Of a stretch of DNA of 64,000 bases, positions 9,952-17,462 are shown piece after piece. Source of the DNA: Candidatus Krumholzibacteriales bacterium (GTDB taxonomy: Bacteria > Krumholzibacteriota > Krumholzibacteriia > Krumholzibacteriales > WJIX01); NCBI GenBank assembly GCA_046483305.1, contig JAWODM010000034.1, positions 32,001 through 96,000 on the forward strand, given 5' to 3'. A program made the position numbers and the translations under genes. Below the pieces are notes generated by a model. That model was not told the origin of the DNA. It searched no databases and was given only the letters and a program-made list of their open reading frames with translations. Numbering within the stretch: the stretch's first letter is position 1; each line of letters begins with the position of its first letter.

Positions 9952-10632
9952 TTACCGTTCTCTTTTCAGCAAGGGATAGAACTTCAGCCCGAAGTTAATA
10001 TTTATTATACCCTGCTCGGTAAACCCCCGGCCGAAGTGAAAGGTATCCCTGCATAGAATATAGTTATAATTTGATTCCGCGGTGATCGATATCCGCCGGC
10101 TGAGCGCAAGCTCCGCTCCCAGCCCTCCCTGCAGCCCAATGCTCACCTTCTGCAGATCCTCCCCCTCGAACTGCCTTGCTTCTCCGAAGAATTCTGCTTC
10201 GGATATTCTCCAGTAGTACATTCCCGCGCCCGCTCTGATATGGATGTCCAGCTTTCCCGGCCTGAGGATCGAATAACTGTTGCTGAGTACCAGAGAGGCC
10301 ACTGAGAAGTTGGAGGAGGTTTCGTAAATCTCTCTGGCAAAATTCATCCTGCCCGCGGCCGCGGATATCCTGGTGGAGAAGCGGGAGCTTACCCTTTTGC
10401 TGACGCTCAGTGTTAATTCCGGGCCGGTGTCGAGCAGGTCAGCGGATGAATTTTCCATATCCAGGGATCCCGATACCGGCAGAAGCATCCCCCCGGAAAC
10501 CGCTGCCGCCCAGCCACTATTGTCCATGTCCGAATCATGCCGCTCCGCAGCGGCAGCCGTCTGAAAATGAACATTCAGAACTGCCAGTGAAGGAATGACC
10601 AGTATGAGTGATATCAGCTTTTTCAAGTTCAA
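9952..10632 (-). CDS. Outer-membrane beta-barrel protein (OmpA/OmpW-like)
   Basis: Signal peptide, amphipathic beta-strands and C-terminal FGLKFY; first gene of the RND operon. Confidence 0.65.
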   Translation of the reverse strand: MNLKKLISLILVIPSLAVLNVHFQTAAAAERHDSDMDNSGWAAAVSGGMLLPVSGSLDMENSSADLLDTGPELTLSVSKRVSSRFSTRISAAAGRMNFAREIYETSSNFSVASLVLSNSYSILRPGKLDIHIRAGAGMYYWRISEAEFFGEARQFEGEDLQKVSIGLQGGLGAELALSRRISITAESNYNYILCRDTFHFGRGFTEQGIININFGLKFYPLLKRER

Positions 10633-10774
10633 GATGCCCTCCGGAACAGAAGCCGGAATGTATAAATATTAAGTATCGAATTATAGCAGTTCAGAGATCG
10701 ATAGTGAATCGATAATTATTCTGAATTATTCTGAAAATTATAATACTGATGCCCTGATGTCAATATTACCAGAC

Positions 10775-11080
10775 TTGGAGTTTCCCCAATTTTTATAACC
10801 TATAAGGTAGTCGATGATTTGTAATAGTATGTGGATTATTGATATTTTCAAAATCTTGGTCGATTTCCCCGGCGAGGAAACCGCCACTCCCGCCCCGGGC
10901 TCGCTCTTTCTGCCCCTCCGGGTCAGAAATCCTTGCCCGCTCGCCCTCCGGAGGGTTTTGAAAATATCAATCATCCACACTCACCAGCAATGAAAACCCT
11001 ATTCCAGTTACCAATCTTAATAACTTATTGTATCTCGCAATGTTAGTAAAATACTTGCCGGATTTTTGGGGGAACTCCAA
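10775..11080. mobile_element. Non-autonomous miniature inverted-repeat transposable element (MITE), 306 bp
   Basis: 15-bp TIRs TTGGAGTTTCCCCAA (10775-10789) and TTGGGGGAACTCCAA (11066-11080, 1 mismatch). Both are flanked directly by the 8-bp repeat TACCAGAC (10767-10774 and 11081-11088). No transposase is present. Confidence 0.85.
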
Positions 11081-11227
11081 TACCAGACAGACGGATTTGC
11101 CTTATTAATAACAGAATTTTTCCCTGATTTTTTACCCTACGGCGCCATTCAGCGGAATTGGATGTTCAATATCTTTTCAGAGCTTCCTTGATTACGCGCC
11201 GGCCCGGGGTGGCGATCAAGGAAATAA

Positions 11228-11329
11228 TGTTAAATATAGATAACAAATTGTAAAACACACTTGACATGATGATAGAATATGATTAAAATATGTATAGTAT
11301 ACCTTACAATTAGTAAAGGATATTAAACA
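11228..11329 (+). promoter_or_regulatory. Promoter with four 18-bp TGT-N12-ACA operator boxes
   Basis: Boxes start at 11228, 11249, 11291 and 11312. The -35 TTGACA (11261-11266) and -10 TAAAAT (11284-11289) are 17 nt apart. Confidence 0.7.
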
Positions 11330-11368
11330 TTGAAACCGGCACAGAGCTGATAGAGGGGAGCTGATGTT

Positions 11369-11581
11369 ATGAAACTTGGAAACAACCTGAGACGGTGCAG
11401 GTTCGAAATGAACGAAATGACTCAGGAGGAACTGGCAAAGGAGGTAGGCGTTACCAGGCAGACCATTATTTCGATCGAGAAGAACAGGTATGTGCCCTCA
11501 ACCCTGCTGGCGCTCAAGCTGGCGAAATTCATGGGTAAGAGATTCGAGGAGGTCTTTTATCTTATCGAAGAAGATGACTGA
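11369..11581 (+). CDS. XRE/Cro-family HTH transcriptional regulator (COG1476 type)
   Basis: MTQEELAKEVGVTRQTIISIEKNRYVPSTLLALKLA. Confidence 0.92.
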   Translation: MKLGNNLRRCRFEMNEMTQEELAKEVGVTRQTIISIEKNRYVPSTLLALKLAKFMGKRFEEVFYLIEEDD

Positions 11582-11617
11582 TTATCATACTTAAGGTTAA
11601 AATGAAAGGAGCCTTAA

Positions 11618-12094
11618 ATGAATACCAAGCTGTTTGTTCTTATAATTCTTGTCCTGGGGGTTGCCGCATTTTATCTGCTCCCGAGAACCAGGCTCAGCGG
11701 GAGGCTGAAGATGAATGAAAAACTCTTCTGCGCTGTGAATGTAATCGGTGTGATCTGCGGGGCAGCCGGCCTGGCCCTCTCGCTGGCCATGGGCGGGAAG
11801 ATACTTACCGGGCACTACTTTGAGCTGATTCTTCTTCCCGCGGTGCTGGTATATCTCTATTCCGCGATGATCATGAAATCGACCGGAAATGAAGCCGCAT
11901 ATGACGAAAAGCAGAATTACAATATGACCCAGGCGGCGGCGTTATCTCTGCCGTTTTCGGTGGCGGGAATGTTCATTCTGTACGCCCTGTACAGGGAATC
12001 GGTTTTCGGGGGAATGGTCTGGTTCCCAGTGTACCTGTTCCTGAACCTGACCGTATACTCGGCGGGGGTCCTGGCATTTTTCAGAAAAAATTGA
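11618..12094 (+). CDS. Small integral membrane protein, partner of the XRE regulator
   Basis: About five hydrophobic segments and a YDEK motif; AAGGAG RBS. Confidence 0.75.
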   Translation: MNTKLFVLIILVLGVAAFYLLPRTRLSGRLKMNEKLFCAVNVIGVICGAAGLALSLAMGGKILTGHYFELILLPAVLVYLYSAMIMKSTGNEAAYDEKQNYNMTQAAALSLPFSVAGMFILYALYRESVFGGMVWFPVYLFLNLTVYSAGVLAFFRKN

Positions 12095-12118
12095 TATAGA
12101 ATTGATTTGTAAAACGAT

Positions 12119-12146
12119 CATCACGTAGTATATATACTACGTGATG
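12119..12146. promoter_or_regulatory. 28-bp perfect palindrome (putative AbiEi operator 1)
   Basis: CATCACGTAGTATA|TATACTACGTGATG. Confidence 0.75.
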
Positions 12147-12228
12147 TTAAGCATATTATAAGATATTTAGCCTTATATGGTTATGTTTTAAATTATAATA
12201 ACTATTTAAGAAGGCATTAAATCACCTT

Positions 12229-12258
12229 ATATTATGTAGTATATATACTACATAATAT
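12229..12258. promoter_or_regulatory. 30-bp perfect palindrome (putative AbiEi operator 2)
   Basis: ATATTATGTAGTATA|TATACTACATAATAT, sharing the GTAGTATATATACTAC core with operator 1. Confidence 0.75.
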
Positions 12259-12291
12259 GAACTAAAATTATCGAAATATATTTTCAGTCTA

Positions 12292-12348
12292 TTGACAACA
12301 AAGGAATTACAGATTATACTATATATAAAGTCTGTAGTATATATACCA
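12292..12348 (+). promoter_or_regulatory. Sigma70 promoter of abiEi plus a third, imperfect operator copy
   Basis: TTGACA (12292-12297), 17 nt, TATACT (12315-12320); TGTAGTATATATACCA at 12333-12348. Confidence 0.75.
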
Positions 12349-12359
12349 AAGGAAAAGAC

Positions 12360-13238
12360 ATGAGTCCTACAAGATTTCAAATAGCAAAAAAAGATATTGT
12401 TAACTACTTTGAAGAATTAGAAGAAAATATTCTTACACATAGTGATATCTCCGATATACTTTTTAGAGAACGTGAGTTCTGGCGTTTACCAAAAAATATG
12501 ACATCCAATAGTTTTATTGACACTCTTATAAGAGAGACAAAATTACAAATGCATAGATTTGAATTTCCTTATCGCCCGTCAACAATATATTCCTGGGGAG
12601 ATGTTTCAGAATATCAATTATATCTATCATTAAAACCTAATTCTTATTTTTCTCATTATACAGCAATGTACTTACATAATCTAACAGATCAAATTCCAAA
12701 AAATGTATATATAAACTCTGAACAGTCCCCTAAGCCTCAACAAAGAGGCAAGCTATTACAAGCTAATATTAACAAAGCTTTTTCTAGACCTCAAAGAACA
12801 ACTAATAATATAACCACATACAATGAACATAAAATATATATGTTAAGTGGTAAATATACTGACAACTTAGGGGTAACAAAGCTGAAGACTGAAGATAATG
12901 GTAATATCACAGTGACAAATATTGAAAGAACTTTGATTGATATAGTGGTTAGACCGATTTACTCAGGTGGAATTTATGAGGTATTAAATGCATACAAAGC
13001 AGCTAAAGGGAAAGTATCAATAAATAAAATAGTTGCATACTTAAGTAAACTAAAATACAAATACCCATATCATCAATCTATTGGATTTCTACTAGAAACA
13101 ACACTATATGACGAATCAAAAATTGAATTGCTTATGGATTTTGATATTTCAAATAAATTTTACTTATCTCATCAAATGAAAGACAAGGCTTTTTCTGAAA
13201 AATGGCAACTCTATTATCCAAAGGGTATGATAAGTTAA
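12360..13238 (+). CDS. Type IV toxin-antitoxin AbiEi-like antitoxin / transcriptional regulator
   Basis: Motifs SYFSHYTAMYLHNLTDQIPKNVYI and VTNIERTLIDIVVRP; AT-rich coding sequence. Confidence 0.8.
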   Translation: MSPTRFQIAKKDIVNYFEELEENILTHSDISDILFREREFWRLPKNMTSNSFIDTLIRETKLQMHRFEFPYRPSTIYSWGDVSEYQLYLSLKPNSYFSHYTAMYLHNLTDQIPKNVYINSEQSPKPQQRGKLLQANINKAFSRPQRTTNNITTYNEHKIYMLSGKYTDNLGVTKLKTEDNGNITVTNIERTLIDIVVRPIYSGGIYEVLNAYKAAKGKVSINKIVAYLSKLKYKYPYHQSIGFLLETTLYDESKIELLMDFDISNKFYLSHQMKDKAFSEKWQLYYPKGMIS

Positions 13239-14089
13239 TTGCAGAAATTCTCCAAAAAGAAATCAAAGTAATAATTGAAATCCCCTGATCTTTCTTCAGC
13301 ATTAGTTGTTGCCAAAACAGAGGGGAAATCTTGAGCGTGGAAGTCCCTATATTTATAAATTATTCGCAATAAGCTAAGTGGGACTTTTTTTGATTCAAAA
13401 ATCTTTTGCATAATTTCCCTATTATTATCTATACCAATTGAAAAATTATTCATTAGTAAATGAATATCATAGAAATCTCTTGCTCTTGGTTTAATAGTCA
13501 TAGTGTTAACTATTTGTTTATATTCTTCAGTTTGTTGGCAAATTGCTCTTGCTTTCTCAAAGACTATCATTTCAGGCGAATATACATATAGGTTATAATC
13601 TTCTATTTTCCCCCTTTGTTTATTACTGCAGTATTCAAATTTACTAATGTCAATTTTAAAGGTTTTCCTTTGTTTAGGTCCGACTACTAATGCTCTTCTT
13701 CTCAATTTATCTTTATTATCTTTATATTTATCAAATGAATTCTGATCAATAATTTTAAAACTAATTTTGTATCCTCCCCAAAATGTTTTTAAATTTTCTG
13801 ATATCTTTTCTGGGACTTCCTCAAATTTGAAATCAATAATTTCATATCCTTTTCTTATAAATGCTTCTTTTAATGTTTTTTCTAATTTTTCTGAAATTAA
13901 TCCAAATTCTAATTTAGTGAATTCACCATTAATTGAATAATCAATATCAATAGAAGATCTAGCTGAAATATTAAAAATATAGTTTATAGCATTACCACCT
14001 TTTAAAACCAGTCTCTCCAATAGATAATCATCTGAAACTAGAGCTATAATTGCAGTCTTTCTTATTTCATCCTCATAATTATTATTCAT
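13235..14089 (-). CDS. AbiEii/AbiGii-family nucleotidyltransferase toxin
   Basis: LVLKGGNAI, RSSIDIDYS, EKARA and RARDFYDI motifs; AT-rich coding sequence. Confidence 0.88.
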   Translation of the reverse strand: MNNNYEDEIRKTAIIALVSDDYLLERLVLKGGNAINYIFNISARSSIDIDYSINGEFTKLEFGLISEKLEKTLKEAFIRKGYEIIDFKFEEVPEKISENLKTFWGGYKISFKIIDQNSFDKYKDNKDKLRRRALVVGPKQRKTFKIDISKFEYCSNKQRGKIEDYNLYVYSPEMIVFEKARAICQQTEEYKQIVNTMTIKPRARDFYDIHLLMNNFSIGIDNNREIMQKIFESKKVPLSLLRIIYKYRDFHAQDFPSVLATTNAEERSGDFNYYFDFFLENFCN

Positions 14090-14212
14090 AAAAATAGCTG
14101 ATTTCTATTCCAGTTACTTATTTAGAAATATTTCCACAATTATAATATACTTGGATAATGCTTAATATATACATCAATATCGTATAAAAAAAAGGGTAAA
14201 AAAAGTAAACAT

Positions 14213-14241
14213 TTGAACGGAATCATAATTTATGATATAAT
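14213..14241 (+). promoter_or_regulatory. Sigma70 promoter of the cysteine leader and cysteine synthase
   Basis: TTGAAC (14213-14218), 17 nt, TATAAT (14236-14241), with an extended-10 TG. Confidence 0.7.
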
Positions 14242-14272
14242 TAAACCGTTGAATTTTACAGGAGAAGAAAAA

Positions 14273-14344
14273 ATGATAAAAGTCATGATGCACGTCAACT
14301 GTTGTTGTAGTCCCGAAAAATATCCGGGATACGTGTATCGATGA
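14273..14344 (+). CDS. Cysteine attenuator leader peptide MIKVMMHVNCCCSPEKYPGYVYR (23 aa; not in the ORF track)
   Basis: AGGAG RBS (14260-14264) 8 nt before the ATG; TGT-TGT-TGT at 14300-14308; lies between a promoter and a terminator upstream of cysteine synthase. Confidence 0.85.
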   Translation: MIKVMMHVNCCCSPEKYPGYVYR

Positions 14345-14371
14345 CCCTTTGAAAATACTGTTATCGACGCG

Positions 14372-14405
14372 GGGCTCCCGGAATTTTCCGGGAGCCCTTT
14401 TTTTT
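14372..14405 (+). terminator. Attenuator intrinsic terminator
   Basis: GGGCTCCCGGA-attt-TCCGGGAGCCC followed by T8, ending 17 nt before the cysteine synthase start. Confidence 0.9.
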
Positions 14406-14422
14406 AGGGGGAAGAAAGCAGA

Positions 14423-15313
14423 ATGATATACGGAAATATATTGATGAAGGTCGGGAATACCCCGTCGGTAAGGCTTCGGAGTTTTGAGAGGGGCCCGGAT
14501 GTGGAGATTTACGCCAAGCTGGAAGGAGAGAACCCCAGCGGTTCAATCAAGGACCGGGTTGCCATCCATATGATAGAGAAGGCGGAATCTCGCGGCGAGT
14601 TGAAGCCGGGAAAGACTATTCTGGAGGCGACCAGCGGGAATATGGGGATATCGCTGGCTATGGTTGGCGCCCGGAGGGGTTATTCAGTGAAAATAATAAT
14701 GTCTGAGAAGGTAAGCAGCGAGAGAGCGGTACTGGTCAGGAGTTACGGAGCGGAGCTGGAGCTGACGGGGGAAAGATCAGGTACCCGGGGTGCTCTGGAG
14801 AGGGCCAGGGAACTTGCTGACAGGTATCCTGACAGATACTGGCTGGCGGACCAGTTCAACAACAGCGATAATACCGAAGCCCATTACCGGACAACCGCGG
14901 CGGAACTTCTCAGGGACATCGGTGATATAGACGGGGTGGTTGCCGGTGTGGGCACCGGCGGCACCCTGGGGGGGATCGCCGCCAGATTCAGGGAGGATTC
15001 TCCCGATACCAGGATATTCGGTGTTATCCCTCCGAAGGGATACCAGATACAGGGCCTTCAGAATCCCGAAGAGGATTTCAGCGGAGAAATCTTCAGCTCC
15101 GATCTGATGGATGACAGGATATATGTAGATAGAAGGGATGCCTTCAATACGGCTAGAATGATTGCGAGAACAGACGGAATCTTTGTGGGTATGAGTTCGG
15201 GGGCGGCAGTTTTTGCCGCGGTGGAGGCGGCGGAGAGGATAGGAAGGGGAAGAGTAGCGGTAATAATTCCGGACATGGGGGAAAAGTACCTGAGCACAGG
15301 GCTTTTCGGTTAG
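14423..15313 (+). CDS. PLP-dependent cysteine synthase (CysM/CysK family)
   Basis: KLEGENPSGSIKDR (PLP lysine), EATSGN, QFNN, GVGTGGT and GMSSGA. Confidence 0.93.
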   Translation: MIYGNILMKVGNTPSVRLRSFERGPDVEIYAKLEGENPSGSIKDRVAIHMIEKAESRGELKPGKTILEATSGNMGISLAMVGARRGYSVKIIMSEKVSSERAVLVRSYGAELELTGERSGTRGALERARELADRYPDRYWLADQFNNSDNTEAHYRTTAAELLRDIGDIDGVVAGVGTGGTLGGIAARFREDSPDTRIFGVIPPKGYQIQGLQNPEEDFSGEIFSSDLMDDRIYVDRRDAFNTARMIARTDGIFVGMSSGAAVFAAVEAAERIGRGRVAVIIPDMGEKYLSTGLFG

Positions 15314-15342
15314 GAGGGCCGGTTACAGGGGACGGCCCTCCT
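15312..15342 (+). terminator. GC-rich hairpin after cysteine synthase (no U-tract)
   Basis: AGGAGGGCCG / CGGCCCTCCT 10-bp stem. Confidence 0.45.
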
Positions 15343-15492
15343 GGCGGCTCACTGATTTTCCGCCACAGTAATAAACTGATAATAGTTATACATTTCTGAG
15401 AATTTATATTATACTCAAAAACTGATTATGTTTTTGCCGGGGCGGATAAGGTTCCGCTCCCTGACTGCCCGGTTAAATGAAAGGTTAGATCG

Positions 15493-16464
15493 ATGAGAGT
15501 TCTAATTACCGGTATAACAGGTTTTGCCGGGAGCCACCTGGCCGACCTGTGCCTCGAGAAGGATGATGTCGAGCTTTTCGGAATCATAAGATGGCGCAGC
15601 CGGACTGAAAATATCGAACATATATGGGATCAGCTGGAGCTTCTGGAATGCGATCTGAGGGATGCCAATTCCACCAGGGATGTAATTGAACAGATAGAAC
15701 CGGAATATATTTTTCATCTGGCCGCTCAGAGTTTCGTCCCAACCTCCTGGAACGCCCCCAGCGAATCTTTGAGCACCAACATACTGGGCGAACTGAATCT
15801 TTTCGAAGCGGTCAGGAAAGCGGGGCTGTCATGCAGAATTCAGATCGCCTGTTCCAGCGAGGAATACGGAATGGTGCTGGAAGAAGAAGTCCCCATAAAG
15901 GAAACCAACCCCCTGCGTCCGCTGAGTCCCTACGGAGTAAGCAAGGTGGGGCAGGACCTGCTCGGGTACCAGTACTATATGAGCTACGGGATGGAGATTG
16001 TAAGAACCAGGGGGTTCAATCATACCGGGCCGAGAAGAGGGCCGGTATTCGTATGTTCAGACTTCGCCAAGCAGATAACAGAGATAGAATCGGGCAGGAA
16101 GGAACCGGTCATACAGGTGGGAAATCTGGAAGCCAGGCGCGATTTTACCGATGTAAGAGATATGGTCAGGGGTTACTGGCTCTCGCTGGAAAGTGGCAGG
16201 GCCGGCGAAGTTTATAATATCTGCTCAGGCAGGAGCCACAGTATTCAAAGTATCCTGGATAAGCTGATCGAAATAAGCGGGGTAAAGCTGGAGGTGAGGC
16301 AGGATGAGTGCAGGCTGCGGCCCAGCGATGTTCCGCTGCTGGAAGGCGATTACAGTAAGTTCGCGGCGGATACCGGCTGGGAACCGGAGATACCTCTGGA
16401 AGAGACCCTTTCCGATCTCCTTGAATTCTGGCGCCAGAATCCGGACAGGGGTAAATTAATCTGA
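15493..16464 (+). CDS. Extended SDR: GDP-mannose dehydratase / GDP-4-keto-6-deoxymannose reductase (Rmd-like)
   Basis: GITGFAG, HLAAQS, YGVSK, FNHTGP, RDFTDVRD and RPSD. Confidence 0.85.
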   Translation: MRVLITGITGFAGSHLADLCLEKDDVELFGIIRWRSRTENIEHIWDQLELLECDLRDANSTRDVIEQIEPEYIFHLAAQSFVPTSWNAPSESLSTNILGELNLFEAVRKAGLSCRIQIACSSEEYGMVLEEEVPIKETNPLRPLSPYGVSKVGQDLLGYQYYMSYGMEIVRTRGFNHTGPRRGPVFVCSDFAKQITEIESGRKEPVIQVGNLEARRDFTDVRDMVRGYWLSLESGRAGEVYNICSGRSHSIQSILDKLIEISGVKLEVRQDECRLRPSDVPLLEGDYSKFAADTGWEPEIPLEETLSDLLEFWRQNPDRGKLI

Positions 16465-16473
16465 TTATTCATT

Positions 16474-17427
16474 ATGCGAGTTTTAATTACTGGTGCATAC
16501 GGTTTTGTGGGCAGGTATATGGCCCGTGAAATGGCTGAGGCGGGATTCGAAGTCCTGGCAACGGATATCATCGATCCTGATGAGGCGAAGAAGGCTCTGC
16601 CGGAAGGAGCCGCTTACAGAGAATGCAATCTTCTGAGCGGTAATGAAGTGAATGGGCTGCTGGAGGAGCCCCTCCCCGGCCTGGTAATCCATCTCGCAGC
16701 TCTCAGCTCAGGGCGCAAATCGATTTCGGCGCCTCTGGAGACTTTCCGGACCAACATTATCGGATTTGTAAATCTCCTGGAAGGGGTGAGAAGAAGCGGA
16801 GGGGATATCAGAGTACTGGCGGTCGGTTCCGGCGAGGAGTATGGCAGAAAGAGGCCGGGCGAAATGCCGATCAGCGAAGACGCGGCGATAGGACCGGCAA
16901 ATCCATACGCTGCCAGCAAGGCGTCCCAGACTATCATCGGACTGCAGTATCACCGGACTTACAATATGGACCTGGTGGCCACCCGGAGTTTCAATCATAC
17001 CGGACCCGGCCAGACCGATACTTTCGTGTTGCCCTCATTCGCCCGAAAATGCGCCGAGATTGCGGCGGGGGCCAGGGAGCCGGTCCTCAGGACCGGGAAT
17101 CTCGAGATAGTGCGAGATTTTCTTGATGTCAGGGATGTGGTGAAAGCTTACCGGATGCTTTGTGAGAAAGGCCGTGCCGGAAAGGTATACAATGTATGCT
17201 CGGGAGAGGGCCTGAAATTGAAAGAAGCACTTGACATAATGGTCGAACAGTTTGATATAGATGTTGATAAGGGTAAGGACCCGGAATTGTACAGGCCGGC
17301 TGATGTGCCCGTATTCGTCGGGGACAACAGCATGCTTTCGGAGGAGACCGGGTGGAAGAGAAACATCACGGCAACGGAGATGCTGTCTGACCTTGTGGAT
17401 TACTGGAGAAGCCTTTATGGTGGATAA
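16474..17427 (+). CDS. Second Rmd-like NAD(P)-dependent sugar reductase/epimerase
   Basis: GAYGFVG, YAASK, FNHTGP and RDFLDVRD. Confidence 0.85.
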   Translation: MRVLITGAYGFVGRYMAREMAEAGFEVLATDIIDPDEAKKALPEGAAYRECNLLSGNEVNGLLEEPLPGLVIHLAALSSGRKSISAPLETFRTNIIGFVNLLEGVRRSGGDIRVLAVGSGEEYGRKRPGEMPISEDAAIGPANPYAASKASQTIIGLQYHRTYNMDLVATRSFNHTGPGQTDTFVLPSFARKCAEIAAGAREPVLRTGNLEIVRDFLDVRDVVKAYRMLCEKGRAGKVYNVCSGEGLKLKEALDIMVEQFDIDVDKGKDPELYRPADVPVFVGDNSMLSEETGWKRNITATEMLSDLVDYWRSLYGG

Positions 17428-17462
17428 GGTACAGTAGCTTTGAAAGAAAGTGGGAGTTGTCA

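Noticed and set aside
10714..10733. Tandem AATTATTCTG repeat upstream of the RND operon
   Set aside because: Two copies in AT-rich DNA are too weak to call as a regulator site.
10738..10980. 80-aa ORF overlapping the MITE, considered as a transposase remnant
   Set aside because: It has no DDE or HUH motif and runs across the element boundary.
12119..12348. Spaced palindromes considered as a CRISPR array or integron attC sites
   Set aside because: There are only three copies, the flanks differ, the spacing is about 100-110 bp, there are no cas or integrase genes, and the perfect symmetry lacks attC-type extrahelical bases.
12095..14200. AT-rich islet considered as a defined transposon or integrative element
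   Set aside because: I found no flanking direct repeats, tRNA, integrase or transposase. Only the base composition supports foreign origin.
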